DNA of 63,983 bases, the filler included, from Octopus bimaculoides (taxonomy: Eukaryota): the NCBI RefSeq assembly GCF_001194135.2. It is 5 parts of 5 records of this genome, joined end to end, with 100 filler letters (N's around TTAATTAATTAA, not from the genome) between each part and the next. Parts side by side here need not be neighbours in the genome. Positions count along the whole stretch, not along the records: positions 19,950 to 33,402 come from NW_026296462.1; positions 33,503 to 56,461 come from NC_068982.1; 3 more parts are not named here. One strand, written 5' to 3'. The position numbers were made by a program, and so were the translations under genes. Shown here in pieces: positions 25,966-39,784 of this stretch. Below the pieces are notes generated by a model. That model ran no database searches. It was not told where the DNA came from and saw only the letters and a program-made list of their open reading frames with translations. Each line of letters opens with the position of its first letter. Positions within the stretch are counted from its first letter, which is position 1.

Positions 25966-26237
25966 NNNNNNNNNNNNNNNNNNNNNNNNNNNNNNNNNNN
26001 NNNNNNNNNNNNNNNNNNNNNNNNNNNNNNNNNNNNNNNNNNNNNNNNNNNNNNNNNNNNNNNNNNNNNNNNNNNNNNNNNNNNNNNNNNNNNNNNNNNN
26101 NNNNNNNNNNNNNNNNNNNNNNNNNNNNNNNNNNNNNNNNNNNNNNNNNNNNNNNNNNNNNNNNNNNNNNNNNNNNNNNNNNNNNNNNNNNNNNNNNNNN
26201 NNNNNNNNNNNNNNNNNNNNNNNNNNNNNNNNNNNNN

Positions 26238-26530
26238 TATATGAGGGGCTGCTAAAAAGCTCCTGGCTTTGGGGTAAAAGAAAATACGGAAAGACCATTT
26301 AATCATGATTTTTTTTTCAACATATTCCCATCTCAGATTCACACACTTATTGCATCGATCCTTCAGCTTCTCTAAGCCTTGTAAAAGAAATCCACCCAGG
26401 GGTTTTACGATATCCTTAGGGCTAGAAATTTTGGCATTGGACCCAAAACCTGTCAGGTTCAAACCATATCCACGTTTATGCAAAAACTTTGAGAAGCGTT
26501 CTGAAAAACGTGAAGGTTTCTTGTAGATGT
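26238..26530 (-). mobile_element. Mariner 3' end fragment
   Basis: Terminal tatgaggggctgctaaaaag; GLEKLKDRCNKCVNLRWEYVEK* resembles the mariner C-terminus. Confidence 0.75.
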
Positions 26531-26703
26531 GAAATATGTATTCATATATTCAAATAAATATTATGTGTAATCCACATCGTAACAAGTATTGAGTGCAGTT
26601 TCTATTAAATTGATTTTGATGTTCTTCATCAATGTCTTAATGTTTATATATGAACACTTGCATATAAACATACACACACATATACAATGAGACACTTACT
26701 CAA

Positions 26704-26795
<92 letters not shown>

Positions 26796-27413
26796 ATGCA
26801 TTCAACGACGCACATTACACTTCCGTACACGTACATCCGCTCACACGTCCACACACACTCACACAAAAACATAATCAAGTTAGACCGTATGTATATAAAT
26901 ATATATACATATATAAATATACATATGCATATATATATATACACATACAAATACACACGCACACAAACACATACACACACACACACACACAGATATATAC
27001 ATATGTATAAATATATCTCTATATATATACTCATATATAGATTTATACGTATATATATACATATGGATGTATATATATGCATACATATGTAGACACGTAT
27101 ATATATATATATATATATATAATTATGCGTATATATATGTATATATGTGTGCATATTTATATATGTATGCGTGTGTATACGTATACATATAATTATGTGA
27201 CATACTAATGCCTACAAAGATACATAGAGATGGCAACAGGAACATTCACACACATACACACACACTCAGACACACATGCACATATGTATCTGCAAATACG
27301 TACAAGCCTATACATCTTTATGCAGCACCTAAACATGTATACATGTATGCATGTATATATATATATATACATGAAATACACACAAACACACACACACATA
27401 TATACATATTTGT

Positions 27414-27466
<53 letters not shown>

Positions 27467-27651
27467 NNNNNNNNNNNNNNNNNNNNNNNNNNNNNNNNNN
27501 NNNNNNNNNNNNNNNNNNNNNNNNNNNNNNNNNNNNNNNNNNNNNNNNNNNNNNNNNNNNNNNNNNNNNNNNNNNNNNNNNNNNNNNNNNNNNNNNNNNN
27601 NNNNNNNNNNNNNNNNNNNNNNNNNNNNNNNNNNNNNNNNNNNNNNNNNNN

Positions 27652-27711
<60 letters not shown>

Positions 27712-28531
27712 ATATACCTTCATCCAGATCAGATACTCAGACACGCATACGTTTGTACAGATGTACATACACGCACACACGCATTGATATATAGTGTACA
27801 AACTCACCAATACACGAACGTACGCACATGCGCACAAATGCGGGACTTTTTTTTCCCCCTTTTCGCTGTTTCAGGTATATCGTAACATGGAAAGATTTTG
27901 AAAAGCTCACAAAATACAACACATACATACAGGAAAGAAAAAAGAAATTAAAATAAAAATACAATATAAATAGATAAATATAAAAAAATAGAACGTTTCA
28001 AAGGCAAAAGAGCAAAACGCAGAAGGTGCGGCACAGCTGTAGCTAACTATCTGGCTTTCCACACGGCTGAAGAATTGGACAATAACCTCCCAACAATGTG
28101 GAATGGTTAAATCGAAGCCAAAAGAGTCTAAAAGATTAAAAGACCGCTCAGATATCTGCCAACATCAATGGCTTGTAAAGAAAATGGCGATTCTCTTAAT
28201 GGCCGCCTTCAGAATTTAACGGCCTAACTTGATTATGTTCTTACGTGAGTGTGTGTAGATGTGTGAGGGGATGTATGTGTTCGCGACCGTAATGTACGTA
28301 GTTGTATGCATGTATGTATATATGTGCGTGTGAGTGAGTGTGTGTTTGCGTGTGTGTATGTTTATTTGCAAATGAGCATGTGTGTACACGGTTATTTGTG
28401 ATTGCCTGTGCGGTTCTGTGTGTAGCTGCGTCTGTGTGCTTCTGTAGATATTGTTAATGTGCTTGTGTGTATGTGGATACACATGTAATTTATATATACA
28501 TGTACATACATTCGCATATATGTACACATAC

Positions 28532-28580
<49 letters not shown>

Positions 28581-29500
28581 NNNNNNNNNNTATATATATA
28601 TATATATACATACATGCTGGTTATATGTTAGTGAATATATATATATACACACACACACAAAAACACACAAACATATACATACATACATACATACACATAT
28701 ATATACATATACATACGTTGTTGGGAATGCTACGCATGTATGTGTGTACGCATTTATGTTTGCACGGCTGTTTCGAAGTATACGTGTACGAGTGAGTATC
28801 TGCGTGTATATTTGCATTTTTGCATGTCTGCGTGTGTGTTTCTTTCCACTTTGTCTTAGTGTGTATATATAGGTATGTCTGTTTATGTTTTTTATGTATG
28901 TATATATAAGGCATGCATACTTCTCTATATGTGTTTATAAACACACATGCATGCCGAATCGCAAGGGTCGTGTGTGTGTGTGAGTGTGTGAAGGTATATA
29001 CGTGTGAATTTCGCTGGAGTATTTAGGTACGTTTGTACCTGTGTGTATGCATCTTAATGACAATGTATGAGAAATACACACCGACACACTATATATATAT
29101 ACATATACATACATGCATGCATACACACGTACGTATAAATATATNNNNNNNNNNNNNNNNNNNNNNNNNNNNNNNNNNNNNNNNNNNNNNNNNNNNNNNN
29201 NNNNNNNNNNNNNNNNNNNNNNNNNNNNNNNNNNNNNNNNNNNNNNNNNNNNNNNNNNNNNNNNNNNNNNNNNNNNNNNNNNNNNNNNNNNNNNNNNNNN
29301 NNNNNNNNNNNNNNNNNNNNNNNNNNNNNNNNNNNNNNNNNNNNNNNNNNNNNNNNNNNNNNNNNNNNNNNNNNNNNNNNNNNNNNNNNNNNNNNNNNNN
29401 NNNNNNNNNNNNNNNNNNNNNNNNNNNNNNNNNNNNNNNNNNNNNNNNNNNNNNNNNNNNNNNACGCTGACACATACACACACAGATATATATGTGTGTG

Positions 29501-29540
<40 letters not shown>

Positions 29541-29767
29541 TGTGTGTGTGTACGTGTGTTTCGTTGATAGTGTGTGGGAGTGAATGATAGATATATTAAT
29601 AGTTTGTTTCCGCGTCTCTTTCGTTTATATCGATGTCTTCAGGCATCAATAACACATATATATATATCGTGGGTGTTTAGAAATTTCATACAAAAATAAC
29701 CACATAACCACGTAATAATAATAATAATGATAATAATAATAATAATAAAAATCATAATAATAATAAC

Positions 29768-29826
<59 letters not shown>

Positions 29827-29919
29827 TGATGATAATAATAATAATAATAATAACAATAACAATAACAATAATAACAATAATAATAATAATAATAATAATA
29901 ATACTAATCAGAAGAAGAA

Positions 29920-30515
29920 GTATTTCAAATTTTTCGGCACAGGCCAGTAATTTCGGGATGGGGTTAAGTCACTTACATCGGCTCCAGTATATCACTGGTA
30001 CTTATTTTATCAGTCCTGAAACGATGAAAGGCAAAATCGACCTGGGCGGAATTTGGACTCAGAACGTAAAGATAGACGAAATGTCGCTAAGCATGTCGCC
30101 CGGCTTGCTAACGTATCTGCCTGTTCACTGCCTTTATAAGGGTGATAATTGAAAAAAGAAGCTTAATTCAGTTCAATTAAAATGCATGGGTCAGCAACGC
30201 ATTGTAAGCCACAATGTTGTTGTTGGCACTCCGTCGCTTACGACGTCGAGGGTTCCAGTCGATCCGATCAACGGAACGGCCTGCTCGGGAAATTAACGTG
30301 CAAGTGGCTGAGCACTCCACAGACACGGGGATATCTCGGGGATATTCAGCATGACACAGAGTGTGGCATGGCTGGCCCTTTGAATTACAAGACTTCTTTT
30401 TCATTATTACAGTTGCCGATGTCGTCCTTACTGCTTCAATTCTTTTCTAGATTAGGCACAAGGCCCGAAATTCGGGGGAGGGTGCCAAGCGATTAGATCG
30501 AACCCAGCGCACAAN
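29920..30515 (-). mobile_element. Three SINE fragments (two families) after an (AAT)n tract
   Basis: Matches the families at 22750 and 24196. Confidence 0.8.
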
Positions 30516-31324
30516 NNNNNNNNNNNNNNNNNNNNNNNNNNNNNNNNNNNNNNNNNNNNNNNNNNNNNNNNNNNNNNNNNNNNNNNNNNNNNNNNNNNNN
30601 NNNNNNNNNNNNNNNNNNNNNNNNNNNNNNNNNNNNNNNNNNNNNNNNNNNNNNNNNNNNNNNNNNNNNNNNNNNNNNNNNNNNNNNNNNNNNNNNNNNN
30701 NNNNNNNNNNNNNNNNNNNNNNNNNNNNNNNNNNNNNNNNNNNNNNNNNNNNNNNNNNNNNNNNNNNNNNNNNNNNNNNNNNNNNNNNNNNNNNNNNNNN
30801 NNNNNNNNNNNNNNNNNNNNNNNNNNNNNNNNNNNNNNNNNNNNNNNNNNNNNNNNNNNNNNNNNNNNNNNNNNNNNNNNNNNNNNNNNNNNNNNNNNNN
30901 NNNNNNNNNNNNNNNNNNNNNNNNNNNNNNNNNNNNNNNNNNNNNNNNNNNNNNNNNNNNNNNNNNNNNNNNNNNNNNNNNNNNNNNNNNNNNNNNNNNN
31001 NNNNNNNNNNNNNNNNNNNNNNNNNNNNNNNNNNNNNNNNNNNNNNNNNNNNNNNNNNNNNNNNNNNNNNNNNNNNNNNNNNNNNNNNNNNNNNNNNNNN
31101 NNNNNNNNNNNNNNNNNNNNNNNNNNNNNNNNNNNNNNNNNNNNNNNNNNNNNNNNNNNNNNNNNNNNNNNNNNNNNNNNNNNNNNNNNNNNNNNNNNNN
31201 NNNNNNNNNNNNNNNNNNNNNNNNNNNNNNNNNNNNNNNNNNNNNNNNNNNNNNNNNNNNNNNNNNNNNNNNNNNNNNNNNNNNNNNNNNNNNNNNNNNN
31301 NNNNNNNNNNNNNNNNNNNNNNNN

Positions 31325-31887
31325 GTTTATTGAGTGAAGACACCTAAAAGCTCCACGAGGCTCCGGCAGGGGATGGTGGCGAACCCTGCTGTACTCTTTC
31401 ACCACAACTTTCTCTCACTCTTACTTCCTGTTTCTGTTGTGCCTGTAATTGAAAGGGTCAGCCTTGTCTCACTCTGTGTCACGCTGAATATCCCCCGAGA
31501 ACTACGTTAAAGGTACACATGTCTGTGGAGTGCTCAGCCACTTGCATAGGATAGCGGTTTCCATTCCCAGACCGGGGTTTGTCAATGTTTATTGAGCGAA
31601 AACACCTAAAGCTCCACGAGGCTCCGGCAGGGGATGGTGGCGAACCCTGCTGTACTCTTCCACCACAACTTTCTCTCACTGTTACTTCCTGTTTCTGTTG
31701 TGCCTGTAATTCAAAGGAGCCAGCCTTGTCTCACTCTGTGTCACGATGAATATCCCCCGAGAACTACGTTAAGGGTACACGTGTCTGTGGAATTCTCAGC
31801 CACTTGCACGTTAATTTCACGAGCAGGCTGTTCCGTTGATCGGATCAACTGGAACCCTCGGCGTCATAAGCGACGGAGTGCCAACAG
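31325..31887 (+). mobile_element. About 390-bp SINE family, two partial copies in tandem
   Basis: The block gtttattgag...ctcagccacttgca occurs at 31325-31545 and again at 31587-31810. Confidence 0.85.
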
Positions 31888-32757
31888 CAAAATGGCTCCT
31901 ATCAGCGTCGCCGGCAGAATTATTGCTCACATCGTTCTTACAATCGTCTTCGTTGTTATTACTATTGTTGTCGTCTGCGTCCTTATTGGTACAATTATTC
32001 ATCGTTATTGCTCTTATCGTCCCGGACGCTGTTAGTGTTGTGGTTGTTTTTGCTGTTATTACGTTAGTCAATATTACACACATCTCGTTGCGTCTCCATT
32101 CAAAATGGCCGCAGTATAATCGTTTATCTCTTTTTTTTTCCGTTTATCGAGTCGGTCATGTTTGCGCATTTAACGAGAATGCTTTTCTCTGGGTTTTTCT
32201 TGTTCTATGCAAAATTTTCTGTTTATTATTAAATATGGGGGAGCGAGGGCTAGTGAGAGAAGGGGGGAAGTCCTCCTTATGTTCTCCTTTTTTTTTTTTT
32301 TTTGTTAGTTTCTGGTTTCTGTTCGCTTGTAGGCGCCATCTTTGTTGGTTGTCTGTCAACAAGATAGAAAACTAAATATTCTTAAGAAACGGACATTAAA
32401 ACGATTCTTCCCTATCAGGAAATGCGTCTCTGCACTTTTGAAAAAAACGGGTTTCTTGCGAAATGTTGCAACACAAGGATCCCCCCTCCCACACCGCACC
32501 ACTCCCCCGCAAAAACATTAATGAATAAAGAAAGAGAAAAATAACGGATAAAGGAGTAAATTTTATCCGGTAAAAGCAGGGAGCAATAATCCGGCGGCAG
32601 CTTCGGGACTGGCAACAAGGTGTCTTGCTGGCAGAAGCAACAACCGTCATGAAGGAGAAACAACAACAACAACAACAACAACAACAGCAACAATAACAAC
32701 AATAAGAGTGATGATAATTTTTAACGATGAAGTTGATGATGATAATGATGATGACGC

Positions 32758-32788
<31 letters not shown>

Positions 32789-32899
32789 AAAGTTGATGAT
32801 GTTGCTAGTGATGCTGATGATGATGATGATGATGATGTTGATGATTCTTTCCAATTTTGGCAGAAGCTTAGTATTGTTGAGACAAGGGAGATTAATTGA

Positions 32900-32974
<75 letters not shown>

Positions 32975-33790
32975 GTTTCAAAATTTGGCACAAGGCCAGC
33001 AAGTTCCGGGAAGGGAGCAAGTCGATTACATCGAACCCCCATGCTTAACTAGTACCTATTTTTATCGACCTCGAAACGGATGAAAGGCAAAATCGAATTT
33101 GAACTCAGAACGTAAAGATCGACGAAATACCACTAAGAATTTTGCTGGCCGTGCTAACGACACTGCCTTCTCACCGCCCGAGGCTACAGGAGAAGACACT
33201 TGCTCAAGTCAGTTGATTCCGGCTATGCTAGAGCGCCGCCTTTAGTCGTACAAATTGCCTGACCGCTAGATTACGGGGACGTAAACACACTAACATTGGT
33301 TGTCAAGCGATGGTGGGCGGACGAACACGCACACGCATATATATATATCACACCACTTCCCAGCACCCACACCACACACCATCAGCTACACACCATCATC
33401 TANNNNNNNNNNNNNNNNNNNNNNNNNNNNNNNNNNNNNNNNNNNNTTAATTAATTAANNNNNNNNNNNNNNNNNNNNNNNNNNNNNNNNNNNNNNNNNN
33501 NNGTGAATTTGGTAGATTAAAACTAATATACGACGAAGCCCGTCGTATATATACATATATGTGTCTATGCGCGCGTGTTTTTGCGTCTGTTTGTCCCCCT
33601 CCCTCCCCCATCGCTTGACAACAGGTGTTGGTATGTTTACGTTCTCGTAACTTAACGTTTCGGCAAAAAGACCAATAGAATAAGTACTAGGCTTAAAAAT
33701 AAGTCCTGGGGTCGAATTGTTCAACAAAAACATTCCAAAGCGGTTCTCCAGCTTGGCTGCAGTTAAATGACTAAATCAAGTAAAAGAATA
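32975..33790. mobile_element. SINE fragments flanking an assembly spacer
   Basis: Abundant-SINE minus copy at 32975-33180; CORE-like SINE pieces at 33180-33330 and 33503-33790. Confidence 0.75.
33447..33458. other. Assembly spacer TTAATTAATTAA
   Basis: N44 on both sides. Confidence 0.9.
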
Positions 33791-35071
33791 TGCACGCACT
33801 CGCGCGTTTGTGAGTGCATGTGTGTTTATGAGTGTATACTCAACGGAATTCCGTAGAGTTTCCATCTATCAATTTTCTTGTCAGGATTAAAGGTCCTATC
33901 TTCAACTTACATGACTGTATATTGATGAAGTCTTTTTGATTTTTACAATTCACACCTAGGTTAGACATACTGACTGAAATTTGGTGGGAGTGAAATAGCC
34001 TACGCACTGAGCTAACACGCATATTTCATTCTATAATGAATCAATTTTCAACGATGTTAACAATAGTCATCAGATTCCCATAGAATGATCCATTCGGAAC
34101 ATAGGCATCCTATACAGATATATGTGTTTCTCTTTTCTTTAGTATATTGAAAGTCATAGCTAAGTATTCGTTCTCAAAATTATTTTCGCCTGGGATACAG
34201 CGTAGTACAGATAGCATGTACATTAAGTCTTGAATCTATTCAGCATATGAATATTGATTTGTACAAATTCAAATCTATAACCAACTAGTCTGCGATGGTT
34301 TAGTATGTTGTAGGCTTGCTATTTCTTATTCAGACTAATAAAATTTATGTAATCCATTCTTATGTTAAATCATTTATTTTATCTACATTGATTATCACTG
34401 AATCTCTATGATCCACTCGGACAACGCTTATCTCAAAAATATGCATGAGTTTAGAGAGAGAAAAATTATATAAGGACAGATTTGTTTAACACATGTAGCT
34501 TTGCCAATCGCTGAAATTAAGCACGGCAACGAATAGTTAATCAACCTTACATTAATGTGGTATCTAATACCATAGGAATATACGGGACTTGCAGCCCGTT
34601 TAAGATGTATGTGGGCATAAACAGAATGCAACACAGTTCACAATGTTGCAGACATATCATCTTTCAGCTAGTTGTATCATACAGTATTAATTCCCCTATT
34701 TATGAACTCTTATATTAAAACTCTCCAAAATGTGAAAACGCTTTTGAGCTATCTCAAAGAACGATTTTGTAGGATGGCATTTGAGTGTATAAAACATGGT
34801 TTAAAAGTTAGAATGTATGAGAATGTGACTAGCAACGTTGAGATATTCTGGCCAGCAGACTATTTTTTTCTGACAATTCCTTATCCCACAAATACTTAAT
34901 CTGAAATTGTCCATTACATACAAGAGAGGACTTTGTTGTTTTCTCCTCTATATTCCCCTCTCACTCAAGCTAAATATTCTCTTCATGTTCATCAGCACCT
35001 CTTTATTTCTCTTTGTTATTTTCCCCCGATCACACGCGCGCGCACTTGCTTTAAATCTCTCTCTCTCTCTT

Positions 35072-35125
<54 letters not shown>

Positions 35126-35365
35126 AGTGTGTGCGTGTTTGTGTGTGTATTAGTGTGTGCGCGCGCATGTATATACATATATATACATACATACATATTA
35201 TTTTACTGGTTTCAGTCACTGGAATACGACCATACTGGAGCACCACCTTAAAGGACTTAATTGACCAAATCTACACAATCACATATCCTGCATATTCAGT
35301 CAGTTACTTTATTCCGAACCACTAAGTTACGAAAATGTAAAGAATTAAATGGTGACAAACACAAA

Positions 35366-35401
<36 letters not shown>

Positions 35402-35753
35402 CACACGCATGCACACACACACACATATATACATACATACATACATAAATACATACATACATACTCCTAGTAGTGAGGATTACGGTATGGCTGTCACGAT
35501 CGCTAGATCAAAGGTTCGATTCCCGGACCGAGCAGTGCGTTGTGATCTTGAGCAAAACACTTCATTTCACGTCGCTCCAGTCCTCTCAACTGTGATAGAC
35601 TACCCTTCCGATTACGGGAAATGTTAGCCTCCTCTCTCAGCCATCGGGGTGGAGTGATTCAAAAGCTAAAAAATGCGAAGCGCAGTGACCAGCAATGTAT
35701 ACCAACATTTGAAAGCTTGGTCGATACCGTAATGCCGCGTTATATATACATAT

Positions 35754-35799
<46 letters not shown>

Positions 35800-35831
35800 A
35801 TTTCGGGATGGTCGTTTTTTTTCTTTTTTCT

Positions 35832-36089
35832 TTTTTTGCCAAATAAACACACGCACTATATTTTTTTTTTTTAGTCATTCGTTTATTACTGTTCTTATTT
35901 TATTATTTAAACTCATATCCATTGTCCGGAAATCTTTCGTCACACATCTGTGACCTCTTCAGCGATACAGATGTGTGACTGAAGATTTCCGGACAATGGA
36001 TATGAGTTTAAATAATAAAATAAGAACAGTAATAAACGAGTGAAAAAATATATATATAATGCGTGTGTTTATTTGGGAAAAAAAAAAAA
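35832..36089. repeat. Head-to-head inverted repeat of family B (about 120-bp arms, 15-nt spacer)
   Basis: Left arm 35832-35951, spacer gacctcttcagcgat, right arm 35967-36089; the arms differ at several sites. Confidence 0.9.
35922..35964 (-). ncRNA. Hammerhead-like motif, family B, intact core
   Basis: CTGAAGA (35962-35956)-G-GTCAC/GTGAC-GAAA-GATTTC; helix III AGATTT is self-complementary with two G-U pairs; stem I about 3 bp. Confidence 0.6.
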
Positions 36090-36232
36090 NNNNNNNNNNN
36101 NNNNNNNNNNNNNNNNNNNNNNNNNNNNNNNNNNNNNNNNNNNNNNNNNNNNNNNNNNNNNNNNNNNNNNNNNNNNNNNNNNNNNNNNNNNNNNNNNNNN
36201 NNNNNNNNNNNNNNNNNNNNNNNNNNNNNNNN

Positions 36233-36293
<61 letters not shown>

Positions 36294-38399
36294 TATATGT
36301 GTGTGTACATGCATGTATGTATGTATGCATGCATGTGTGTATGTATACAACATTTTTCTACAAAGAATTAATGTCTCTGGCTACAGTTAGCCACGCTGTG
36401 GTTCTGAACCTGATGCCACGAGATTTGGAAATGAACTTCTTAACCACACAACCATGCCTGTGCCTATAATGTGTGTGTGAGTGTGTCTGTATGTATGCAT
36501 ATGTGTGTGCTTGTGTATGTGTGTATGTATGTGTGTGTGTGTGTGTGTGCGTGTGTGCGTGCGTGCGTGTGTTTGTGTGTGTGTGTGTGTGTGCGTGTGT
36601 GTGTATGCATTTATTTTATTGTCTTTTTCTCTTCATCCCCCCTTTGAAAACTTTATTCGGATAGGCTCCGTATCATTTATCTGCCACAGTAATATGTTGC
36701 GTAGTCAAGGAAAGGCCAACCCTAACCGCCCTAAAGTAGGCGGGAATGCAACACCCGGATATGATAGGTAATAAAGTAACATTTCGGTTCTAACCGATTT
36801 GCAATGAACGGATAACTAACATCGATAACATTTGTTGATCTGTAGTGCACTCTCTTTGAATGTTTTGTCTCTCAAAACTTTACCCATACACATTATTCAA
36901 TTGCACCCGTTGATCGTCTTATCTCCCTCTCTATAACCCTGCACCTTATAAGTACAGCCTTTTCCCACGCTAGTGAACTCCCTTTGAAAATTGTTATGTA
37001 TACATTCCATAAAACAACAGCAACAACATCGTTAAGTTTAAAAAAGTGCTTTAAGGAGCTTAATGAAATCATTGGTTTGCACCAAAATAATATAACCTGA
37101 CAGCATCAGTCCACTTTCTCGCATCGAAAGTACACAGTTCATGCTCGTTGAAATGACTGATAAGCAAATAAAATTTGTAGTACTGGCTGAACGTGCCGCA
37201 TTAATCCATAATCACACGCAGTATCTTGTGATTTTACAGTCATAAATTGAATTATTGGGTATTTTAATAATGATTTTTCTTGCGCATTAGCAAACTATAT
37301 TTTCGGTACTTTTATACTTCTCTTTAGTACTATATCTCTTAAATAATGGAAACAAGATTCTCGAGCTTTTATTTAAAAGTCTGACGTTCGTATCCCATCA
37401 TTGGTTTTTTTTCATTGAATTCTTGTAGCCTAATCTATCTAGTTGGAAATTAGGTACAATATAAAACTAATGCTTACTGCTTTAGGTTACTAAAGCATTT
37501 CTAATTGCTTATTTGGACAGGAGTTTGCAGTTTGATGAAAACTAGAGATGCGATTGGGCCTACATAGAGGACAGTCACTTAAAAATTATCAAAAACCAAT
37601 TACGACTCGGTGAAATATTATCTGGTAAAATTGGCAGCAAAAAATAATAAAGAAAATATTTAGAACTAAGTTTCTCCTTTTACAAATGGCTTAATCGTGT
37701 CTACAGCGCTGAAATGATTTCTTTTCTGAAAATTTGTAAGAAGTGGGTTCCAGGTGAATCGAGTTTGCAGAAGAAGTTTCACTCGATATCCTTTGCCTTA
37801 CAATACGCTTCTAATCATTTCTTATTTTACAAAAAGTAGACAAACTTCCTCAGAATAAAACATACTTAATAAAGTTTTTTTCATATTTTATCAGTAATGG
37901 ATGGATGTTGTTTTTATTGAGACTGGACAGGTTATTTTTCCCACCGGCCCGAGATTTGAAACAGAAAAAGTATGTGCTGTGGAATAGTCACTATAAACTT
38001 TTAGTATTGATTATCATTTTATCGTCAGTTGACAGGACATGAAAGCAAAATGTTTTCAGTCGATAGCTTAACACTCCACCCGGTTTAATACCACCACTTG
38101 ACCTTTGGGTGACTTAACATTTCACTCCCTTGAAAGCAATTTGATAACTGTCACCTAGAGGGATGCAATAAATTCTACCTTCAGAGCAGAAATGCGTATT
38201 TAAGAATCTCGATAAATAAAATGCCTATAGACAGGGTTGACTGGCAGCATTGTTACAGCGTCGAAGCGTACACTTTCCTATATTTATTCCCGATTTATGT
38301 CTTCTAAGTCCAAAATCCCATTCAGGTAACCGTTATCTCACAATTATAGTGAAGTAACCGTTTCAGAGTGGATTACTAAAAACCAAAAAGGCACCAAAT

Positions 38400-38760
38400 T
38401 CAGTGGCTTAGGAGCTGTAGTCATCTGTTTTACAAAATGAACAGAACTCAAGAGAAAAATTATATTGGTGTAAATGAAAGCGGTTTTACAAAAAGATATG
38501 CCAAGCACCAGTTTTCTTTCCGATGTGTATACGAGTATAAAACTACTAAATTAGCTAGCCATAGCTGGAACCTGAAAGCCAACAATACCCCACACACCAT
38601 GAAATGGAGCATCGTACAACGATCCATCGCATACACTCATGTGTCAAAGAGCTAAAGGTTTGCATAGATGAAAGAAATCATCGTTTTTAGGCCTAAGAAT
38701 TTCACCGATATCCGTTGCCTTACAATTGTTGAACGAAGATTTTCACTAAATGCAAGCATC
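38400..38760 (+). mobile_element. Penelope-like GIY-YIG endonuclease remnant
   Basis: KNYIGVNESGFTKRYAKHQFSFR...TTKLASHSWNLKANNTPHTMKWSIVQRS matches PLE YIG..F..RY..H..SF..T.LS...W.LK. Confidence 0.85.
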
Positions 38761-39194
38761 TGGATAAGTTTTTATTATCGAACTGGAGAATACCCCACTC
38801 TTCGAATTAAGCACGCAATCTCACAAATGTTAACCTTTCCTCTATCTAATTAATCAGACAAGCCATTCTTGATTCCCTTTCAAATGGACCCAAGAGACAC
38901 AACTCTTATCGCCTTAACCTCTATGCTCTCATTCCCGTTTCCTTTTTCTGCGTTACTGTTTTTATTTTCTCGTTCTTTTTCGCTTTTGTTTTATTTTGAG
39001 TTTAATGATTACTTGATATTACTCGGCAGGCTATACAGGCTGGCCCAACTAATGTTCCTGTCGAAAGCATGACACTAATTGTAGCTCGCATTTGAATGTT
39101 ATGTACATTAAATATTTATCTTTCGTTCTAGTTGGAGTGCTTTTTTACTGATTGGAATAATAATTATTTCACATTTTTCAAATGTTTGCCACAA

Positions 39195-39305
39195 AAGGAT
39201 GAAAGGCAAAGTCGATCTCGGTGGAATTAGAACTCAGAACGTAGCGTCAGGCGAAATGTCACCAAACATTTCGTCCAGCGCGCTAACGATTCTGCCAGCT
39301 GGCCA
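39195..39305 (-). mobile_element. Abundant SINE 5' fragment
   Basis: gatgaaaggcaaagtcgatctcgg...gctaacgattctgccagct. Confidence 0.8.
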
Positions 39306-39312
39306 CCTTGAT

Positions 39313-39572
39313 GATAATAATAATAAATTCAACTTTACGATGAAAGTAAACAAACAAAATTTGTTCTTTTTTAGAAGCGTTGAGATGTATTGTAAGAACA
39401 GAAATAAATTTATTTCTCAAACGCGTGATAATGCTATAAATAGCGAGATCAGGATAAATTATCCATTTATTGCAGAAAAATACGCTACTGGCCAGCCATG
39501 AGACTCGAACTCACATCTCTGTGATTACGCGTCAAGTGTTTTACCATTAAACTAAACTGCCCAGCAACGAAT
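39313..39572 (-). mobile_element. tRNA-Thr(CGT)-derived SINE, copy 2
   Basis: Head at 39489-39562 differs from copy 1 at 1 of 74 nt; same body and (AAT)n tail. Confidence 0.8.
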
Positions 39573-39613
39573 GCATAGAAGATGGACATTAATCGATGAT
39601 GATGATGACGATG

Positions 39614-39645
<32 letters not shown>

Positions 39646-39753
39646 ATTACACGATTACATGTACAAAAAGACGCATAGTGACTTGAAGGTTCTATGTTCT
39701 GCCTACATATATGTGTTCGTGCATATGTGTGTGTGTGTGTGTGTGTATGTGTG

Positions 39754-39784
<31 letters not shown>

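Noticed and set aside
13975-31405. Long ORFs of 200-438 aa in the track
   Set aside because: They run through N gaps (X residues) or microsatellites; not coding evidence.
32708-32899. Poly-Asp ORF
   Set aside because: (GAT)n microsatellite with no splice or homology support.
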